A stretch of DNA of 57,379 nt, filler included, from Sphacelaria rigidula (taxonomy: Eukaryota): assembly GCA_964200075.2 (NCBI GenBank). It is 3 parts of 3 records of this genome, joined end to end, with 100 filler letters (N's around TTAATTAATTAA, not from the genome) between each part and the next. Parts side by side here need not be neighbours in the genome. Positions count along the whole stretch, not along the records: positions 19,164 to 38,223 come from CAXNAA020000740.1; positions 38,324 to 57,379 come from CAXNAA020000741.1; 1 more part is not named here. The stretch is one strand, 5' to 3'. The position numbers and the translations under genes were made by a program. Under the pieces are notes generated by a model that was not told where the DNA came from, ran no database searches, and worked only from the letters and a program-made list of their open reading frames with translations. Of the stretch, positions 37,401 to 49,800 are shown one piece after another (within the stretch, counting starts at the first letter, position 1; every line of letters starts with the position of its first letter).

Positions 37401-40400
37401 CACTACTCCGCTAAGGTTGCAGCATGTTCCCTAGGACGGATCCTCTCGGAGGATTTCGAAAACGACGGGGATTTTCTCTCTTGTTATCTAGGTGACGATT
37501 GGCCGTGAGCCTGGGTGGTAGGTAGTTAGAGTTGAAGCTGCACAGGGTACAGAGCAATTGTGACTTTCCAGGGCTCGCCCGTGGCTCTTGTTATGTTGAG
37601 CTCTTTCTACTATCGAGATCTGCTGCCTACGGTCCCGGAGATCTGACAGTACAGATATGATAGTTTCGGACCTCTCAAAGATGTCCCTGTCGGACCTGGT
37701 CCTGTGATGGCTTCGCCTCCAGGTTTACATGTCATACAAACACTCGCTCCGCACATACAACTACAGTGGCTTCCGCATTCGACGTCATACATGTACTATC
37801 TTTATTCTTGTGGACATGCGTAAAGAATTTTCGGTCCTTCTCACCCACCCGATAGACTGCAACATGAACTCGGCGAGCTCAACCGACAGCTCCTCTGCCT
37901 CCTGCGCCCAATCGACATCGTTATGATTCACTGCTCCACCTCCACCATCGCCTTGGCTGCCGCCGTGCCCATCTCTTTTCACCCTTTCCTTTTCACTGCG
38001 GCAGCTAACACCTTCGAACCAGGCCCTCCTTGCCAGAGTCAACATAGGAGGTAGATCTTCCAACCCCTCGTCGCCTATACTCACGTTCCACGATTTCAAT
38101 GGTATGAGCGGAAGGGATGGGGCACGGGGGGTGGGACCGGGGGGGGGGGGGGGGGGGGGGGGCGCGGGTGTGTGGATGTGCATGGCAGGGACCCCCCCCC
38201 CCCCCCGCCCCCCCCCTCACAGCNNNNNNNNNNNNNNNNNNNNNNNNNNNNNNNNNNNNNNNNNNNNTTAATTAATTAANNNNNNNNNNNNNNNNNNNNN
38301 NNNNNNNNNNNNNNNNNNNNNNNCGCCGCACAACATGATTTAGCTGGACTACCTATATGGTTACCGCAAAAAGAAACGCAAGCGCGCAAACACAATCGGT
38401 AACCTGGTTGCCTAGCTTACGCAGTGAGTGGCGTGTTTTATAGCGTCATCGCCAACCGACGCTAACCCCGTCGAGGGTCCTGGGGGGGGCGCAGGGTGTA
38501 CTCATGATCATGCATGCCAAGGGGCGCAGGGTGGGTGGGGGGGGGAAACTGATATATTCCATCCCCTTGTTTCGGGGAAGGGTTTCCCTTAGTGGTCATG
38601 TAGTGAAGCCTTTGTTTCGCCACGATCGCACTCACCGTTAGGCTCGCTCCAACGCACGCCCCTTTTTTTTTGCTCTTTTCATCGGCTGTCCCAAGCACCG
38701 GCCAACTTGTAAGCACTCTTACGATCGTTCTCGATGAAACTGGCTCCCGACGGGAATGGTTCGTGTCCACCAAGCACTTGGAGCTCCTGTCTCTGGAGGT
38801 CCGCAAGGCTTGCCGCGGTGTCGGCGATATGCACCTGAAGGTGTGGGCATGTAAGCCGCGATGCTTATGGTAACTCCTACCAAGCACTGCTCGATGCGCG
38901 TGGCTCGTAATAATACGGGTACGACTCTGATCCGCGTGGCTTCATTGCCCCTGCGTGGATGGACTTTGATGGCGTGTGCGAGTGCACAGATCATATCGCG
39001 TGATGACGTCCTTTTCGCAAATATACAGGACGTGCGATTCAGACACGACTTCAACCGCAGTCTGGAAAACATGGTATCGCGTCAGGGAGTCAAGATCACA
39101 TATGACCAGTATGTCTATCGAAGGAACTCCAAAACATGTGGCGACACAGGTTTCAACCAACCAATGAACTACAAACATGGTGTGGCCTGCCTCGCTGCAA
39201 AGACTTCGCTTATTGGGGCGTTCCTTCCACCAGCCTACTACTGAGGTGGTGGTATGGCCTGCCTCGTTCGAGGACCTTCCATCTTGAGAGTTGATTCAAC
39301 AAACGTCAATTGTAGGGATCGCATGGCCTGTCCAGGAAGAGAACAGTCGACCCATTGAACCAGTGAGCGCTCACGAGAACACCAAGCAGCTGGGAACTCC
39401 CACGCTTGGGATCAGTACGACAAGAACATGGGCATCTGCGCACCAAAATTGTGACACGTGAGTGACGAGGAGGATCTATCCTCCACCTCTGGTCCCCAAG
39501 CGCCGAGGCACAGCGCCATATTGAAGCAACGAACCGTATCAACTTGGTACATTCCACGAATTACAATTTTATGCAGAGCGACTTGCCTCTTGCTGCGTTC
39601 CGTCTCGAGGAGATTGCACATCGTCGGCAAAGACGCGATGGAAGTGGAGGCAAGGTCGAGTGACACGTGATTGGATGTCGTGTCTGATTGGTGGGAAGAT
39701 GGTCAATGTAGGAGGGTAGTGCCGTGTGAAAGGTGACTTTAGTACTTTGAAGACGTACAGGTAAAACGGGGTGCTGATGTCGACCATCAGGTCCGGCATG
39801 GTCGCCAGCGAAATTGCAACAAGGCCACCCAATTTCGTATTTTGTTCACTGTGAGAGTGGTCACAACTGTGTGCAAGAAACAGTGGGGTTACGAGGCCCG
39901 GAGTTCGAGGAGGCAGGTCCAACGGTACTGCTATGTCTGAGCGCACGGCCGCTGGTGCGTACAATACCACGAAAGAGGTGAGAAAGAATGAGCGGACTTC
40001 CCGGCCGCCCTTTGGACGCTCTCCATCTGATGCTGGGGTGCATGGCAAACGACGGCGGCTCGTTTCTTTTCGTGGCAACCAGGAGCAGCGACACCAGAAG
40101 CCAGACCAAGAACCCGGCTGTTGGCGTGGACGGTAAAATCTTAGACACAAAACAAGCCTGGCACCATGTTGACCCTGGCAAATCGATTCCGACCGCAGCC
40201 CTAAAATGAAACGTCGAGGGAGGCTCTGAATCTCGGGAACAAAACTCGCTTGGGCTGCTTGAGCAAAGCACCCGTATTCCAACGAATTGAAAACCACAAG
40301 ACATTTTGTGCTCGGCGCATAGCATTCGCCTCTTTGTCAGGTTACACATAGATGCGCCATGATCTGCGCGGTGAGCACAACAAAGCGCTACGCCAGTTTT

Positions 40401-40435
40401 CGAGTCATCACTTGAGGTCTTCACTTTCCAGAACA
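31490..40435 (-). CDS. Uncharacterised multi-exon protein with C-terminal UBZ-like C2HC zinc finger (5' end uncertain)
   Basis: Well-supported exons: 31780-31490 (last), 36092-35493, 38074-~37845, 38834-38723 (phase-compatible with 38074 across the gap). Probable exons: 39683-39587 (GC donor) and 39936-39759. Possible exons: ~40.4-40.0 kb and ~37.7 kb. Splicing 35493 to 31780 yields WRCPKCHVSQ|VVGLEDIHEHFKVCL. Confidence 0.6.
32065..32200 (+). repeat. Dispersed ~140-bp repeat, copies at 34968-35105 (+) and partial 39370-39412 (-)
   Basis: Shared CATGAA.CG.CTCATAT.GGCGA...CCCAAGCGTGGGAATTCCCAGCTGCTCG...CATTTTGCCTCCTCAA. Confidence 0.65.
32279..32904. mobile_element. TIR element/MITE containing an internal ATCCCAGATGG (~18-bp unit) array
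   Basis: Termini CAACCTTCACCTGCGAT / ATCCCAGATGGAGGTTG are imperfect inverted repeats. The CCATCTGGGAT motif is reiterated in both orientations at 32295-32575 and 32868-32900. Confidence 0.6.
33254..33383. mobile_element. ~130-bp MITE with TA target-site duplication (Tc1/mariner-type)
   Basis: TA|CCCTGGACAA...TTGTCCAGGG|TA, with internal inverted GTACTGCGTACAGTAT / ATACTGTACGCAGTAC. Confidence 0.8.
38224..38323. other. Scaffold gap with artificial six-frame-stop linker
   Basis: 44 N + TTAATTAATTAA + 44 N, next to long G/C homopolymers. Confidence 0.95.
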
Positions 40436-40863
40436 TGTTTTGACTTTTACGTTGTGACTGATGAAAACAAGACGTTCCACTCTTGTTGACCGTTTCCAGT
40501 CCTGCTCGTAGCACGCTACTTCCCCTTTCCTCAACCAAGCCCCAGAGGAGAGCAGATCTCTATAATCAATACCTCTCGGTTAGCCAAAAGGAGTACACGG
40601 TACTACGGCTTCCCACGGGAAAAAACGTGAACACATCACAAACATACCGCTATTAAAAAAACACTACCAATAAAAGATGATCCGCAAAGCCACAAAATCA
40701 ACGCAATGAGAACATAGACTGCACACCACCCCTAACTCAGCCTAAACGCACACAAGAACCAACAACCATGAGATCAATGAAGACAAATAAGTGATGATAG
40801 ACATCTGAGTCTGGAGCAGATATACCATTCATGGCCACCGGCCATCCATTCACCACCACTCGT

Positions 40864-43800
40864 CTACTCTTCTGTACCATCTATCGCAGGCGCAAGGTAG
40901 TATCGTATGTAACCAAAAGTGCCGATCGGGTATTCCATAACAATTGGGTTATCCGGGGTCATGGAAATGGTGACGGTAGGGCCCAGCGGCGTGGCCTTGG
41001 TGAAGAGAGTCAGGTAGCTAAGCGTGACCCTGAGCGTTACTGGTTCCTCCATCGTCACTGTTACTTTTTCCTGGTCGTGGGTGTGTAAAATCGTGCGTTT
41101 GGGGGTGGGCAGGGAATAGGCGGGTCGATGACGTGTTTCTCGGTTGGTACTTTACGTTGAACCACATAGAATAGGTGCGCAGAAACTGTTCCGAAAAACG
41201 AGACAAGAAGCGTCCCGACAAAAATCACACCGCAAGACGCCAAGAAAAACAAGGGGGGTCAGCGTTACCACTGAGCCAGTTCGAATATGTTTTATGTTTG
41301 GTCGGACCTGCAATCATGATTCACCGTGACGGGGGAGGGGGAGGGGGGGTGCGAACAACTCAAGAGTAAAGAATCAAGCCTCATCTGTCCAGCTTGTTAT
41401 TGTTTTATATTCGACCACGTCTTGGGCTGTAAAAAATGAACCTTGTGTGTAGATAACGAGATTGCAACCCAACGAGAGTGATTCAAATGTGCACAGACTG
41501 ATCGTCGACTGCGGCAGCTCCGCTTCAATCACCCGGAGGGCACGCTCGAGCTGCTTTTATTAATCAGATGCCCAATGGTACCCGCTAAGATGTCGTTTCG
41601 AAAAGAAAACGATTACTTCGATTTCGTTGCGAAACAAATTCCAGTGGACATTACTTACTTGTCTCTCAGAGCAGCAAAAGACTACGCTTTCCCACGGAAA
41701 CGTACCTCCTCCCTGTCCACCGAGCTGTTGTTTTGGACCATGATGCTGCCGACGCCGAGGCTTCTTGATACGGAGAACGTCACCCCATCCTTGTCGCACT
41801 TAATGGTGCACGTTTTCCCCATCACAGCCAAGTCTTTCACGATTCGCGCGAATTCTGCGGATGGCATCTGTGCGTACCCGGGGGAGGGGGCAACACAGGG
41901 AGGAGGAGGAGGAGGGTACGTTGTTGACACTGGAAATCAACACATGATGTTTTGCACTGGAGGAGACGGTGCAAGATTACTGTGAGGGCACGAGACAACA
42001 CAGCACGGGAGGAAACAAAAGACTCGACGGTTTCACATCAGATTGAGGTAGGCCGACTGTCGCCCGATTGCGAGTACTGGAAACCAACTACTGTCTTACT
42101 AGGTAACACTGCAGGGGTGATTGGACACCGAAGTGCGTGAAGACGATTCTGTCTTGAATAGAGTCGTCCGTTCAGGGCGGGGTCTGTTTGTCCTCACCTG
42201 GATCGTGCAGTTGTACTCTGTCTTTGGGATGCCCAGTTGCTCGTTGTCGATGTTTATGGCTTTCAGCTTGAAGCCCGAGATTCGTTCGTGGTCTGTGCGT
42301 GCAGAACAAACACAAGGAAATACATCAGTACCATGTCACAACAAAAACGACCATCATGTATTTGTAGGCGTTCGGCACTACTGCAGGCTTCACGCACGAA
42401 CTACACCCACATGGGTGCTGCAATCCCCACACACACAAAACACTATCCGAGTGCTTTGGTGCGGGGATGATCATTTGCAGCACTTGATACTCGAGGCTAG
42501 CTGTCCAACGTCAGCCTCTCAGACGGCCAACCCTTTGACCGCGACGATAGTCCCATCTGTTCAACCGTCATCATTTTGACATGAAAATTGAAATCGTGAC
42601 TCAGATGACCTACCTTAGGGGTCAAGGGATCGCCTTCGAATGCCAGAGTGGGCAATCTCTTAAGCCGGCACCGTAAACAGCCATGAAATGAATGCAAATA
42701 TAAGACTCAGAGGACCCACCCTGGCGGTCAAAGCGTTAATCCTCTCACCACCTGTTGTTTTGTCATGCCGACCCAGATATTTGTAGCCCGATTTACAATA
42801 TAAGATTTGTACTGAGCAGACCACTAGTTGGATGCTAATGCATGTGGGGTTCCTGGGGAGGATTCGGGACATTTGTTTTTGGTGAGAACATGACACCTAT
42901 ACAGAGAAGATCGTTGCCAAGCAAACGCCGCGCGTGATTACTATTCGCTCATGAGTCACGACCATGGGCATATTGCCGTCTCAGCCCAGAGATGTTCGCG
43001 CCAGCGGTACATATGGTCATGCATAAGCAACAGCGTGGACCCACTTCAGTACATACCAGCTTGGAGAGCTTCCTGCAAAGCCCTGGTGCTGATTTTCCCG
43101 ATGAAAAGTATGGACATCGCTGTACTGGGCAGTGCTGCATTATGTAGAGTACCCTGCGACTGGTGGCACAGCGATTTAATACAGGTTCTAGAATAGTGGT
43201 GGGGGGGGGCGTCAACAACCCGGCATAATCACACTATGATCAGACTCAGCACTACACTGATGTATAGTGCAATTACTTTTTATGAGTGCAATGGATCGGG
43301 CTTGTGATGAGTGTTTTGACCAAAATGTGGTTGGACCCCATAGTTTACTGTACGTTGTATAGCACCACCTCTACCGCTCTACCGCTAGTTGCATACGGTA
43401 CTTCGCGGTGGAGTTTAGGCCAACTCAGCGACCATACTTCACTATTGTAGAAGACCTGGTTTCCATGCGGACGATAATATTCGTACCTTGACGAGGCTGA
43501 GGCACAGAGCCTCAACCCGCGTGCCGCGGCATGCGCACTGTAACCGTGACTTTGGTTTTCGAGCATTTCGTCGATAGGATCATTTATTGTGGCCGTCACC
43601 AATCTCCATCTGTACGCAGATCGAGGGAACTCAAATCGGGGAACGCCTATTATGGTCCTCAATTTGGCCCAAATCGGGGAAGCTCCGATCGGAATGTCAC
43701 GATGTGAGAAATGGTTTCCCCGAATCTGATTCCAGATCGGGGAGAAATCGCCTATTATGGCCCACAATGTGGCCCAAATCGGAGAAGCTACACTCGGGAT

Positions 43801-46800
43801 GTCACGATTTGAGAACGACTTTCCCCCAATCTGAGCCCAGATCGAAGGAAATCGCGCATTATGGCCCCCAATTTGGCCGATATCCTGGAAGCTCCAATCG
43901 GGAATATCACGATTTGAGAACGGCTTTCCCCGAATCTGAGCCCAGATCAGAGGAAATTGCCCATTATGGCCCCCAATTTGGCCGATATCCTGGAAGCTCC
44001 AATCGGGATGTCGCGACATGAACGGCTTTCCCCGAATCTGAGCCCAGATCAGAGGAAATTGCCCATTATGGCCCCCAATTTGGCCGAAATCCTGGAAGCT
44101 CCAATCGGGATGTCACGATTTGAGAACGGCTTTCCCCGAATCTGAGCCCAGATCTGGGGGGAATCGAGGTCCCCCCAATCCGTAGGAAGTGACGTACGTA
44201 CAGTTACGTGCGGTGATAGGGCAGTAGGTGTTTGATAATCTTGCAACCGCAGCAGCAGAGAGTACCGCGACAGCACAGGCAGTGCCTGTCCGCTCTAGCT
44301 GCTGGAGCAGCTCCGCACGGGGTTTGACAAGCAGATAAGAAGTGTTGACGCCGTACCCTGCGGTGATGGTGGTATATTATGCTGCGCTGTGCTGGCGTCT
44401 GTATCACCATAACGAATGGTACTGTACTATGCTACCCTTTGTTTTCCCTGCACTCGCAGGGTGGTATACGGCACTGCACCCGTGAACTCTTGTCGCAATA
44501 CCGACTGTACCATCATGTATTACCACACGGCATTATCGTGCACTGTGATGATGGGACTGTGCTGTACTGTAATACACCCTAGGGTACCACGGTTCGACGC
44601 TGTTCTGGAAGGATAAGTAACACCCGGATTGTTCTTCGGCTTCATTTTGAACGCGATACCACCCCCCTGCAGAAAATGGCCCTTCGTATACATGACTATT
44701 TCAATTAGGTCTGTGAGACCATTATGGAGCGCCTACAAATCTGACTTTCGCAAATATGACATACCCCGGCTTTGCACAGATTGGATTGTCTGCAGATTCG
44801 GGATTCGTCTCCATAGTAAATGGTCCAACACCCTCTCGTTTATCCCTATGACAGTGCGCGTCGTCTCGGAACAGTGTCACAGGCTGACGGTCCAGGGATA
44901 CACGGAGCTCTACAGGGAGCAGGGCGATAGTTTGTGACAGGGGAGTAGGGGCCTGTTCGCAGCATACCCTGGACGATAGATTATATTGTCAAAAATGTGC
45001 TGCGTACAGTATGGAATATGTTCCCTGTTGCAATAGGCGCAATAGTTGATACTGTACGCAGTACACTTTTTGACAATTTAGTATATCGTCCAGGGTGTGG
45101 TTCGCACAACAGCCGAAAAGCTCAGTAACTCAACCATGTGTGTAAAGAAGTTTCCCACGGAAAATGCCAGGAACGAAACCCAAGAGGAGCGGAGTGGCCA
45201 TTCTGACCGATCACTGCTGTACAAATGGTCACATTATTCCCCTACAGGTGACTGCAGATGGACTACTTTACTGTCTACCCGTATTTCTCATGTTCGTCAT
45301 AACAAATCAACCAGAGATAGTATGGGTCCAAAATAACGTGGCTTCTACTCTGCTCGTGGTCCATGCCGGTTTCGTGACCCCTCATGTGTTGCCTGCATAG
45401 CTTAACATTGTTATGGGTCGGAACAGGGAGCGGTTTTGGCTACTATTTCGGGAAAGTGCGCACGACCACGGTATGCGGAAGAAATGGAGCCTACATGAGC
45501 CAATCAGTATCAATCACAAGTACACGCGTCACCTCGGAATGACGACTTCGCTTACACAAAGGATAATATAATTTTAGTACGTCCCAAAGGAAACCTGTGA
45601 CTCATGTTGCTGTGCACCTGTACACAGGGTCATAACAGGAGAACAGAAACTGCTGCTCGTGTTCTTGTGCCCCTCTTATTGCAGTATGTTGTTATACCGA
45701 TCTGTCAACGCGGCTAACTCGGCAACGAAGCGGATGATTAGATTGCGGTTTCTTGCGTGCGCTTCCCACACACCCAATCTAGGCCACCATGTTTGCGTCT
45801 TTCTTCACGCGTGACACTAAGCCGCACCAAGCCGAAATGTTATACGAAGTAGAAAACATGTGTTTTTGTTCTTTCAATTTTCGGCTTTTGGGGTCCGCTG
45901 TGGCCAGCGCTCTCGAACTGGTCCGCGCTCGAGCTCCACTACTAGGAGAATGAGTCGGTGGCATTCCCCCTCTCCGCCTGCAAGGCAAGCATCGAGGAAT
46001 ATATATAATCGCCGATCGCAATCCTGATCAAAAACACTCAGAGCACCGACGTACCGACGGGGGCAATAACGCTCATCGAGCTTGTGGTCATCAGGGTGTT
46101 TCCGTTGAGGGAAGGCAGCTCCCTTCGCATTCAGTCATCCAGACGACGGTTGGCTGCCGCCTCCAAGGTTCACACCGCGCCGGCGCAACCCGTCACGCGG
46201 GGGGAGACGGCTCTTCAAAAGGTGACCGTCAAGACCAAGAGAATGTTGGCTGCGGCGGTCGACAGGCGACTCTTCAAGCGCTACGACTTGGATGCCCCGG
46301 GCGACGAGCCCGATTTCCCCTTCGAGATGGCAGCGAGTATGAATCCATTCCTGGCCACGCTTTCTCTTCCTGCCCTCCGTCTGCAGCACCAAGGCGATGG
46401 CTGACTGCGTGAGGGCGGTTGTCAAGAAGAAGATCGTCGACCTGATGACGAGGATGGCTGAGGAGCGTGGATCAAGCCCTGAGCATAGTACAGTGGCCAG
46501 CCCAGGAACGGTGGTGCCGACGCGAACAACGCTCGCCCCAAGAAGGAGAACGTCTCAGTGGGGGTCAGTGCCTCCTGATCTCCACAACCTCGAAGGCAGC
46601 ATCACAGGAAGCCGCGCGCTTATTTAAAAGCAGCATGTTCGGGGACACCCCCATGGACCAACCAGTGGGAGCGGCACCGAAGACACAACGAGAGCTATGC
46701 GCGGAGGAATTTGACCGCTTCGTGCTCGCTGGTCAGGAGGAGAGCCTTGCTACCAAGCCCATCCGGCTTATGCTCCAGCACTGGTCCTCAGAGGGCTCCC

Positions 46801-49800
46801 GGACGTATCCGCATGTGGCGCGCGCAGCCCGGGTGCTACTCTCCATCACGGCATCTTCGGCCGTCTTGGAGCGCGACTTCAGGACCGCAGGTCGGCTGAT
46901 CACCGGATGCCGCAACCGCTTGGATGCCGCGTACAACGAGATGGTGCTATTTCTCCACCGTAGCTACGCCGACATGCCGGATGAGGCACCGATGCTGTCG
47001 GACGCCCAACCGTTGGCCGCTGTGCCTGAGCGGCTGAGCAACTCTTCCGGAAGCACCAGCAAACTCTCCGAGGGCCCCGTACAGGAGGATGGTGGCGACA
47101 GCGATGATGAGGAGTTCAGCGCGGGGGGAAAAGTTGTCAAGCAAGGAAATGGCCACGTGGCTGATGGATAATTTGAAAACCGCCGAGATGAGGGGGTGTC
47201 TATCTGTTTGCCTGCTTAGGAACATGAACCGTGTTCGAAGGCGAGATTAAACGCAGTTGCAGCGGCCTCGATATCTTTCGTTCTTGGATTGCTGTTGTTA
47301 GAGCACGTTTCCGTCGACGGCGGGGGAGTGTTCAGTACGGGAGGGTTTACGGCCGCCACGCCATGACAGTCGATCATACTCGCGCATCTTGAGGCAAGGG
47401 GGCAGCGGGGGGCGCCTGTTCCCGAATTCCGCACTCAAATCTGATCGTTCCTGCACTATAATGATATCTCATCAAAAATGAATAGTCCGTTTTTGTTCCG
47501 GCGAAGGTGTTGGTGAATGGACTCGGGCGAGGTGAAAAGTCATTACTTGTGTGAACTCTGAATCACGATCGGCGATAGCCGACGGTTCAATTAGTTGATT
47601 CTTCGAATATTCCATTTACTTTCATCGGTAGATGTAAAGGTATGTCAGTGCACTGTTTTTTCGTTTACGCGTAAGATTTAGTATTCTGAAAAACGCCCTC
47701 ATTTTCACTCCGATTTCCCGCTGCCGAAAATGGAGAAACCGATTCCGACGTCAACCCTCAACGTTCAGAACAGAATGGCCCAGTCTGGCTGTACTCCAGG
47801 GCGTATCTCGAGAGCACCTTGGGTTATCTCGGTGTGCATGACACCAGCAAGTATTTGCGGGGGAGGGTGGGGGGGTACGCAAACTAGTATTGTACTTCAA
47901 GTTGTGTGGTTTGAGGTGTGTTTTTGGAACATCCATCATGCGTGTAGTGACTTCTTGGTTCGTCACATGAAACGAATTGTACGGTCCCCCAGGGGGCGGC
48001 GATTTGTTCCCGCTTTCCACCCGTGATTCATGAGTCATGAATCGTGGGCACATGGTTTCCACCTTGCCTTCATACGACATTATCATCTGTAAATGTGTCC
48101 CACCTTCCCGTCATCCGACATGAATCAAGGATGCGTATTCTCCCCTTTTCATTGTGAATCCATGGATCATGGATGCATGGTTCCCACCTTGCCTTCATAT
48201 GGCATGAATCATGGGTACACATGTATCACCTTTTGGTTCATGCGGGATGAATCATGTGTACATGTTACCCACCCTTGAGTTCATGCGGGATGAATGATTG
48301 ATGCATGTCTCCTACCTTCAATTCATACGGCATGAATCACTGATACATGTCTCCTACCCTTAAGTTCATGCGGGATGAACCGTGAGTACACGAAAAAAGA
48401 GACAGCTGCCCCGTTATTTAGATAGGACGGAAGTATAGTACAGAATTACTGGGCAATCTCATCAAGTAGCACAGGCAGAGTTTTTGTACACCTGCGGGGG
48501 GGGGATCGCTGCCCAAGGGTTAAGGCACCGCGGACGGCGGAGGACAGGAGCAAGCAAACAGATCCTGCAGGCTTCCAGGTCGGGCATTATTTCCACCCAA
48601 ACACAACAAAGCCTCGGACGCCTATCTCATTCGACGCACTGCTTCCCAGGGATCAAGCCACCGCGATGCGGGTAACCACAATAGTGGACGGACTTCAACA
48701 AGTCAAGAACATGTAACATGCAACAGCCGAGCCCCATACCCCCGGTGGGACCGCCACGGGCTCCAGCCTCAGCACCAGCAGTAAGTTATGCAGCACCAGA
48801 TACATTCGTATTGCAACCGAATAACCTGCAACCCAGATCAGAAGAAGGCGGACTACGCTTTGACGAGGAAAAGGCAGCGGTGCGAATCGTCAAACCACCA
48901 CAGGACCAGCACTGCGCGGAATAGTTTTTCAAGCGCTGGTTCCGAACCTCAACTCCAGTGAATAAGGGCGTGGAGGCGGTGGAAACGGACGCGGCTCGGG
49001 CGGTGCATGAGGATACGGGCTTCGCGTTGCGGGGCCAGCATCGTCGAATATAATATTCGAGTAATTCGGCGGACGTCATATCTGGCGCCCTGGGCATCAA
49101 GTTCTTCGGGCAGTAGGATCAGAGTCAGTACGGGCGGTATTGGGTGAGTCTCCTCTGATAGAATACCACAACACTGCTGTAGAACTCATTTAAGCAATGG
49201 CTGCCTTGAAGCGATTCGCAGAAACATGGTGTCGGTGAGCCATTCCCTGTGATCGCAAAAACGTAGCCCGATCGAAGGCATCTACACGACAATGAGCACT
49301 GTGAGTAAGTACAACAACAGTACGAGTTCACGAAGCAGTCAGCACGCATGCAAAATATATAGCTGTGACTGGATGAAGGATCGGTAGCAAATGGCATGGC
49401 AACACACGCGTAGAGTTCCATATGATCGACGCCACGGAGCAGCAACAAGCAACGGACATGACGTCACGTTAAAGTCCTTACCGAAATATTTGAAGAAATT
49501 CAAGAGTCCCATAACATTAGTGAAGAATAGCTGGGATTCATTCACGTTTCCAGCATCACTCTACACGCACAAGGCCACACTTACGCTTCATATACCAACT
49601 GGATCCCTGATTCACACAGGTGCTGTGGGTACGAGACCCGTACATGGGGATGGTTTTGTAGGGAATTAAATTATTTGCGCGAGCACGATTATGGCCGAGC
49701 GTTCAAGATCGGCACCCGGCGAACACTGAAGACCAGTTTAAAATCAGGCAAATAACTAAAACATGGGACTATCATGTTTCACTTTACTGCAGCACAAACA

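Noticed and set aside
39587-39683. Kinesin-like motif FHRVF...TQQE
   Set aside because: No P-loop (GQTGSGKT), SSRSH or DLAGSE motifs in neighbouring exons.
40200-40500. EsV-1-7-like Cys/His repeats (CCAH, LCAEHK)
   Set aside because: Spacing and the GMVDV/PSFG motifs do not recur; the resemblance is too weak.
43345-44021. 224-aa and 144-aa repetitive ORFs
   Set aside because: By-products of the 105-bp tandem array.
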